Shown one piece after another: positions 58,646-64,000 of a DNA stretch of 64,000 nt. This stretch comes from a virus, in IMG/VR virus record IMGVR_UViG_3300025127_000022, positions 1-64,000 of that record. The stretch is one strand, 5' to 3'. A program made the translations under genes and the position numbers. Every line of letters begins with the position of its first letter. Position 1 is the first letter of the stretch. Below the pieces are notes generated by a model, which was not told the origin of the DNA, ran no database searches, and was given only the letters and a program-made list of their open reading frames with translations.

Positions 58646-59053
58646 ATGAAGTTAGTATACATCAATGGATTAGGTTCTAATTTCAGAGGTAATTATGTAT
58701 ACGAATTCATCTTTTCTTCTGAACTTGTAGACATATGGGGACCAGACTGGGATTCAACTCCAGCACTCGGAAAACCATTACCTCCCGACATTGAGTATAT
58801 TGAAAAAGTGGGGACACTTTCAAAAGAAGGTCTGGAATTTGAATTAGTTCAAAATTCAGACTATTTTTCATTTACTGACTCAATTGATGATGTTATAGCG
58901 TTAGGGTGGGAAAAGTACGATGAAGAAGAAGACATAAAAGATACTAGGTTGGTATTTAGGTTTGGAGAAACTATGGAATCTGTAACAGATAAACTATACT
59001 CAAGAGATTTAATTTTAACCTCAAATGAAACAGAAAAACATGAAAAAATTTAG
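58646..59053 (+). CDS. Hypothetical protein
   Basis: Coupled ORF in the late operon. Confidence 0.7.
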   Translation: MKLVYINGLGSNFRGNYVYEFIFSSELVDIWGPDWDSTPALGKPLPPDIEYIEKVGTLSKEGLEFELVQNSDYFSFTDSIDDVIALGWEKYDEEEDIKDTRLVFRFGETMESVTDKLYSRDLILTSNETEKHEKI

Positions 59054-60467
59054 TAAAATAGATACATTATCCAAACTAGTAAAAGAAGGTTTTAACATTG
59101 ATACACTTTTAAAGTTTGACAATAATCAACTTCAAGCTCTTAGAGAAAGAGTTTTAAATGAACAAACTACAACACAATCGACTACCACAACTTACGATTT
59201 AAAAAATCCTGGACAAAAAGAATCATTTATAGATAAAGTTACTTCTGATGTTGATGATTCTGAAAATGTAGATATAGACACTACGGGAGACACAGCTAAA
59301 GTAACTGAAATGAATGAGGACCAAGAACTTACACCTACAAACACACCAATTCAAAAATATCAAAAAGGTGGTAAAGAAGTGGAAGTGTTAGAAAAAGAAG
59401 ATTTAGATGAAGTCATAATGGATATGGGAGCTGGTGATTTTGATGAGACTTCTTTTGAAAATCCAGACGATGGAGGATTTCATACTTCCCAAGGACCTAT
59501 GGATTCTTATTACTCAACAGACAATAAAGGAACTTTAATAGGTGCAGGTACAAAACAAAATAAAGGACAATATAGTGGAAACGCAAAATATTTAGACACA
59601 CCATCATTCCATAATCCAGACGCTGAAGGTTTTGATTCAGACGGACCAATGGATTCTTATGGTGGAAACGGATGGGACGAAGAAGGTTTCGCTGGTGAAT
59701 TAAATGAATTTGCACCAGAACCAAAATACTCATTTATGAATCCTGTCGCAAAGGGACATCAATCCGATGGACCAAGAGGACACAGTAGTGGTTTACACGA
59801 AGATGCTGAACAGGAGTTAGTACGTACCCAAAAAGATAAAGCGGGGTATGATACAGACCAAGACGCACCACAGAAAGGACCAGATAATGATGATAACTCT
59901 GATGATGGTATGGGTATGTTTGAAAGACATATAACAAAAAAAGATTTAATGGAAGTAGCTAAATCTAAATCACAATATAATTTTCATAAATTAGTTTTAG
60001 CTTGTAAAAAAAGTAAGTATAAAGATTGTGGTGATGGAAGAAACGATAATGCAGTTCTTAAAGCAGCTAAAGAGATGTCTTTAGAATCTATAAAGGATTA
60101 TACTGACACACCTAATCCAGAAAATTTACCCGAAAAAGTTGATGAACAAAAATTAACTGAAAATTGGTTACTAGGATTAGTAGAAAAATATGAAAGACCT
60201 TCTATGACAAAATCACAATTTTTACAAACTTTAAATGAGATTGCTGTGGAAACACAAGATGTGGAAGTTGTTGATAATGACGTTGATGATGCTAAATATG
60301 AATTACCAGCTTGGATGGATTTCGATACTTTATTTATGAACGCACCGTCTCCGACAACTAAACCAGCACCAACCAAGACTCCTTCTCCTACTAAAAGACC
60401 AGGTAGAAAGTCACCTTACCAACCTAAACACAAACCAAGACCAAAAGCGAGAAGAGATGAAAAGTAA
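59040..60467 (+). CDS. Acidic modular hypothetical protein with internal repeats
   Basis: Three SF.NP...G..S.GP motifs; VLNE, DLDE, ELNE and TLNE; Pro/Lys tail. Confidence 0.72.
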   Translation: MKKFSKIDTLSKLVKEGFNIDTLLKFDNNQLQALRERVLNEQTTTQSTTTTYDLKNPGQKESFIDKVTSDVDDSENVDIDTTGDTAKVTEMNEDQELTPTNTPIQKYQKGGKEVEVLEKEDLDEVIMDMGAGDFDETSFENPDDGGFHTSQGPMDSYYSTDNKGTLIGAGTKQNKGQYSGNAKYLDTPSFHNPDAEGFDSDGPMDSYGGNGWDEEGFAGELNEFAPEPKYSFMNPVAKGHQSDGPRGHSSGLHEDAEQELVRTQKDKAGYDTDQDAPQKGPDNDDNSDDGMGMFERHITKKDLMEVAKSKSQYNFHKLVLACKKSKYKDCGDGRNDNAVLKAAKEMSLESIKDYTDTPNPENLPEKVDEQKLTENWLLGLVEKYERPSMTKSQFLQTLNEIAVETQDVEVVDNDVDDAKYELPAWMDFDTLFMNAPSPTTKPAPTKTPSPTKRPGRKSPYQPKHKPRPKARRDEK

Positions 60468-61860
60468 AAGAACATTAAAAGAATTTAAACGACAGTTATT
60501 TGAAGCACCTATTGATTATGGTGATAGACCAGAAAGAATGGACCCTTCCTTACAAAGAAAAATAGAAACTGGAGATTTTCCAGGTGCAGATTCTGACGCT
60601 TATCCTTCAGTAGACCCTTCAGGTATCCCAAGTAATTTTGAAGAGTTGGTAGCTTCAGAAAGATTTAAATCAGTAGTAGATAAGGTTAAAAATTACACGG
60701 GCTTAAGAAACGTTACCCCACAATCGTTTATGCAATTACAACAAATGTTAATGGGTGCAACACAAAGAATATTACAACTAGAATCTCAACACAAACAAGA
60801 ATTAGAAGAACTCGCTGTAAAAATAGTAAGAGAAGAAATGGCTATTCCACCAGACGCTCTACAGTTTGATGCAAAAATTGTCGGTATGGGTGAAATTAGT
60901 ATGGAAGGAATGCAAGGCCAATCTCAAGAACAACAAACTCCACAACAACAAACTCCACAACAACAGATGGACTCTGAAGAAGAAGCAATGGAAGAGTTTG
61001 AGGACTTCGATATAGAAAAACAAAAAAGAAGATTTTTAAATCAATTAATCCAAGGAGCTTCTAAAAAAGGACATTATATGTTTCATTTAGTCGAAGAAGA
61101 ATTAAATAACATTAGTCCTGATTTAATTAATTTATATGGGGTAATGATGTCTATTAATGATTTGGTGTACTGGATTATGCCTGACCAAACAACTATGATG
61201 ATGGCTCAAAGTGGTCAAGGTATGGCTGGTAAAGAAGAAGTAGACCCCGATACAGACCCACCTACTGTTAAAGCTCAAGGAATAACTTTTCCTGTATTAG
61301 TTCACGAATTAGTTAAAGGTGTTATGGAAGTACTTGCCACTCAAGGTTTACCCGACGACCCAAATAAAGCACAACGAGTAATGGATTCAGAAGATACATT
61401 AGTTGCGGAAGTTTGGGATTTAAGATTAGGTCCAGTGATTTGGGAAAAATTTAGAGAATCTTATCCAGAAGACTTACTTCAGGATGATAAAAGAGAAATT
61501 CAAAATTACTTATTTAGTGAGTTTGCTAGTATGGAAGCGACTGACATGTTTGCATTAGCTAAGAAAATTTTAAGTGGTGGTGATGAAGGTAGAAAAGAAT
61601 TAGAAAGAATCGTTAAAGGAATTATAGCTCAATTAAATGAAGAAGCTTACGAAGACTCTACTGGTGACTATGAAGATGATGGTGATACTGCAGTTGCGGG
61701 TTCTGATACAGCAGATATACTAGGAACTCTCGATGTACCTAAACCTGACACAGGTCAAGAATATGACGTTGACGATATTTTAGATAAAATAGGTAGAAGT
61801 GGTATGGCCTCTTTAACTAAAGGTGAATTAGAATTTCTGAGAAATCAATCCAAGTCTTAA
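60457..61860 (+). CDS. Hypothetical protein
   Basis: 467 aa; VLVHELVKG; C-terminal VDDILDKIGRSGMASLT..E..FL (DUF6576-like). Confidence 0.72.
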   Translation: MKSKRTLKEFKRQLFEAPIDYGDRPERMDPSLQRKIETGDFPGADSDAYPSVDPSGIPSNFEELVASERFKSVVDKVKNYTGLRNVTPQSFMQLQQMLMGATQRILQLESQHKQELEELAVKIVREEMAIPPDALQFDAKIVGMGEISMEGMQGQSQEQQTPQQQTPQQQMDSEEEAMEEFEDFDIEKQKRRFLNQLIQGASKKGHYMFHLVEEELNNISPDLINLYGVMMSINDLVYWIMPDQTTMMMAQSGQGMAGKEEVDPDTDPPTVKAQGITFPVLVHELVKGVMEVLATQGLPDDPNKAQRVMDSEDTLVAEVWDLRLGPVIWEKFRESYPEDLLQDDKREIQNYLFSEFASMEATDMFALAKKILSGGDEGRKELERIVKGIIAQLNEEAYEDSTGDYEDDGDTAVAGSDTADILGTLDVPKPDTGQEYDVDDILDKIGRSGMASLTKGELEFLRNQSKS

Positions 61861-61888
61861 TAAAGACTAAAATCAAGTATTTATTGGT

Positions 61889-63613
61889 ATGGGAATGACT
61901 AAACAAGAACTCATACAAGAATATGTTAAGTGCCATGGTAACACACCATATGCACTTAAAACTTATTTGCAAACTTACGATAATACACAACAAAAACATG
62001 TACCATTTGAATTGTTTCCAGAACAAAAGGAGATGATAAATGATTTTGAAAATCATGCTGACAATATAGTACTAAAATATAGACAAGCTGGAGTTTCAAC
62101 AGCAACAGCTGGATGGATTTCTAAAAAACTACAATTTGCTTCAAAAGAGTCACCAGAAAAAATTCTTATACTTGCTAATAAATTAGATACTGCCACAGAA
62201 ATGGCAAACAAGATAAAAGGTTTTTTAAGACAATGGCCTGATTGGATAAATGTAGGATTTGATAAAGACAAAAATTCACAAAAACATTACAAACTTAATA
62301 ATGGGTCTGAGGTAAAAGCAGTTGCGACTTCAGTAGATGCACTTAGAGGTTATACCCCAACCATATTAGTATTTGATGAGGCGGCTTATATAGAATCTGG
62401 TGCGGATTTATGGGCGGCATGTATGGCGTCTTTAGCTACTGGAGGTAAAGTAGTTGTAATTTCTACACCTAATGGATTTGACCAAATATACTATGAAGTT
62501 TTTGACCAGTCAGTTAGGGGATTAAATAATTTTAAAATAAGTTATTTAAGTTGGTATCACGACCCTAGATTTACACAAGACCTAAGATGGGTCAAAACTA
62601 AAGATATTGTACATTTCCTTTTAAATAGAGATGAATATAAGGAAGAAGATATATTAGTAGATATAGATAAAGATAACTATCAAACTTATTTAGATAAGGG
62701 TTACAAACCATTTTCAGATTGGTTTGAAGCTATGTGTAAAAAATTAAAATTTGATAGACGAAAAATATCACAAGAGTTAGAGTGTGCTTTTTTAGGTTCT
62801 GGAGATAATGTAATTAACAGTACAACCATGGACCAACTACAGGAACATATTTGTGAACCTACAGAAAAATGGGTAGGTAATGGTTTATGGGTTTGGAAAG
62901 AACCAATACCGGGTCACAAATATATTATGGGTATTGATGTTTCTAGAGGTGATAGTGAAGATTCTAGTGGTTTTGTTATAATAGATTTTGATGACCGAGA
63001 AGAAGTTGTAGAATATTTAGGTAAAATCCCTCCTGATATTGTAGCAGATTTAGCTAATAAATGGGCTACAAAATACAGTTGTTTTGTTGTTATAGACATT
63101 ACAGGTGGAATGGGTGTAGCTACCTCTAGAAAAATGTTAGAACTGGGGTATAAAGATTTTTACTACGATGGGGTAAAACCAGATGAGATGTGGAAATTTA
63201 ATCCTGACACTAAAACTCCAGGTATAAACTTTAATAGTAAAAGAGCTCAGTTGGTACAAGCTTTAGAAGAACAATTAAGAACAGGCTTTAAAATAAGGTC
63301 ACAAAGATTGATGAATGAATTAAAAACATTTGTTTATATTAATGGTAGACCTGACCACATGAAAGGTCATCATGATGATTTAATTATGTCTTTAGCTATG
63401 GCACTTTATGTAGCACAAAACTCATTCACACAATTAAAAAAGAATGTAGCTCAAGCAAAAGCAATGATAGATGCGTGGGTTACAGATGAACGTAAATTTA
63501 ATACAACCAAGGGAGAACCAGTTTTTAAACCTGGAAAAGTGAGTGGTAGAGCTTTACCACCATCTTCTAATGACCCTAAAGACTATTTATGGATGTATAC
63601 AGGATTAAAATAA
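61889..63613 (+). CDS. terL: Terminase large subunit
   Basis: FELFPEQ, LKYRQAGVST, RG...ILVFDEAA, ISTPNG, QELEC.F, IMGIDVSRG, HDDLIMS; TATTTAT 61878-61884. Confidence 0.92.
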   Translation: MGMTKQELIQEYVKCHGNTPYALKTYLQTYDNTQQKHVPFELFPEQKEMINDFENHADNIVLKYRQAGVSTATAGWISKKLQFASKESPEKILILANKLDTATEMANKIKGFLRQWPDWINVGFDKDKNSQKHYKLNNGSEVKAVATSVDALRGYTPTILVFDEAAYIESGADLWAACMASLATGGKVVVISTPNGFDQIYYEVFDQSVRGLNNFKISYLSWYHDPRFTQDLRWVKTKDIVHFLLNRDEYKEEDILVDIDKDNYQTYLDKGYKPFSDWFEAMCKKLKFDRRKISQELECAFLGSGDNVINSTTMDQLQEHICEPTEKWVGNGLWVWKEPIPGHKYIMGIDVSRGDSEDSSGFVIIDFDDREEVVEYLGKIPPDIVADLANKWATKYSCFVVIDITGGMGVATSRKMLELGYKDFYYDGVKPDEMWKFNPDTKTPGINFNSKRAQLVQALEEQLRTGFKIRSQRLMNELKTFVYINGRPDHMKGHHDDLIMSLAMALYVAQNSFTQLKKNVAQAKAMIDAWVTDERKFNTTKGEPVFKPGKVSGRALPPSSNDPKDYLWMYTGLK

Positions 63614-63622
63614 AAAACTAAA

Positions 63623-63910
63623 ATGGCAATAATTAAAAAACCTGGATTTGGTTCGGGAGGTAGATACAGAAGTGGTAAGTTACTAAGACAAGTTTTAGGG
63701 ACTACAGTATACTCATGGAAACCTACACCACCAGATTATGTGGTTAAAAATAGTGGTACAATAGAATCTTCTCCAGAGAAGGAATGTTGTGAGATTTGTA
63801 ATGGACTAACAATAGATAATTGTGTCACATATGTTAATGGTGGAAGTTGTAATGACGGACTAGGTTCCCCACCAACAGCCGCTTATGTAAAGTGTGATTA
63901 TGTTGTTTAA
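63623..63910 (+). CDS. Hypothetical Cys-containing protein
   Basis: Directly after terL. Confidence 0.6.
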   Translation: MAIIKKPGFGSGGRYRSGKLLRQVLGTTVYSWKPTPPDYVVKNSGTIESSPEKECCEICNGLTIDNCVTYVNGGSCNDGLGSPPTAAYVKCDYVV

Positions 63911-63950
63911 GTGTTGACTAGACCAAAAAATTGTGTAAAATTATAAAGTT

Positions 63951-64000
63951 ATGGCAGAACAAAATAGAATGACAATTTTCCAAAGGTTAAATAACCTTTT
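63951..64000 (+). CDS. 5' end of a gene running off the window (possibly portal)
   Basis: MAEQNRMTIFQRLNNL; the portal guess rests only on position after terL. Confidence 0.35.
   Translation, partial: MAEQNRMTIFQRLNNL

Noticed and set aside
62070-62105. Terminase Walker A lacking the usual GK(S/T) lysine (RQAGVST)
   Set aside because: A lysine lies just upstream (LKYRQ) and deviant Walker A motifs are known in large terminases; not evidence of inactivation.
1-64000. Alternative genetic code or stop-codon reassignment
   Set aside because: Conserved genes (thyA, dnaK, terL, sod) are full length in the standard code, and no suppressor tRNA is seen.

Overview
This AT-rich, gene-dense window is almost certainly part of a large tailed dsDNA phage, probably a jumbo myovirus. 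The host is a Bacteroidota bacterium, probably a flavobacterium. Host evidence: TTTG-N19/20-TAnnTTTG promoters, no obvious Shine-Dalgarno sites, T9SS C-terminal domains, and Bacteroidota-type SdhB and Lacal_2735 proteins. Two gene classes are interleaved. (1) Mostly minus-strand metabolic or accessory genes, often behind host-type promoters: thyA, dCMP deaminase, sdhB, a SET protein, a thioesterase, a cytidylyltransferase, a HAD phosphatase and a CAP protein. (2) Mostly plus-strand genes preceded by a conserved TATTTAT motif, a putative late promoter; these include the terminase large subunit. About 20 class-2 proteins start with related short leaders ending in (L/I/V)-x-E and often carry further L-x-E sites, suggesting a capsid-targeting and protease-maturation cargo system. 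One such leader is grafted onto an Fe/Mn superoxide dismutase; others head annexin, peptidoglycan-binding and OmpA-like proteins. Other notable elements are a non-coding left end packed with host-factor-like sites (MraZ-, DnaA- and sigma70-like, plus a TGACA-N3-TGTCA palindrome), a T9SS-cargo/outer-membrane-barrel operon, and a tmRNA with a 22-aa tag. tRNA-Leu(UAA) and tRNA-Arg(UCU) lie next to a tRNA-like gene (anticodon UAU) with rearranged arm order, and a divergent N-truncated clpC/dnaK pair follows. All calls come from reading motifs by eye; no database searches were run.
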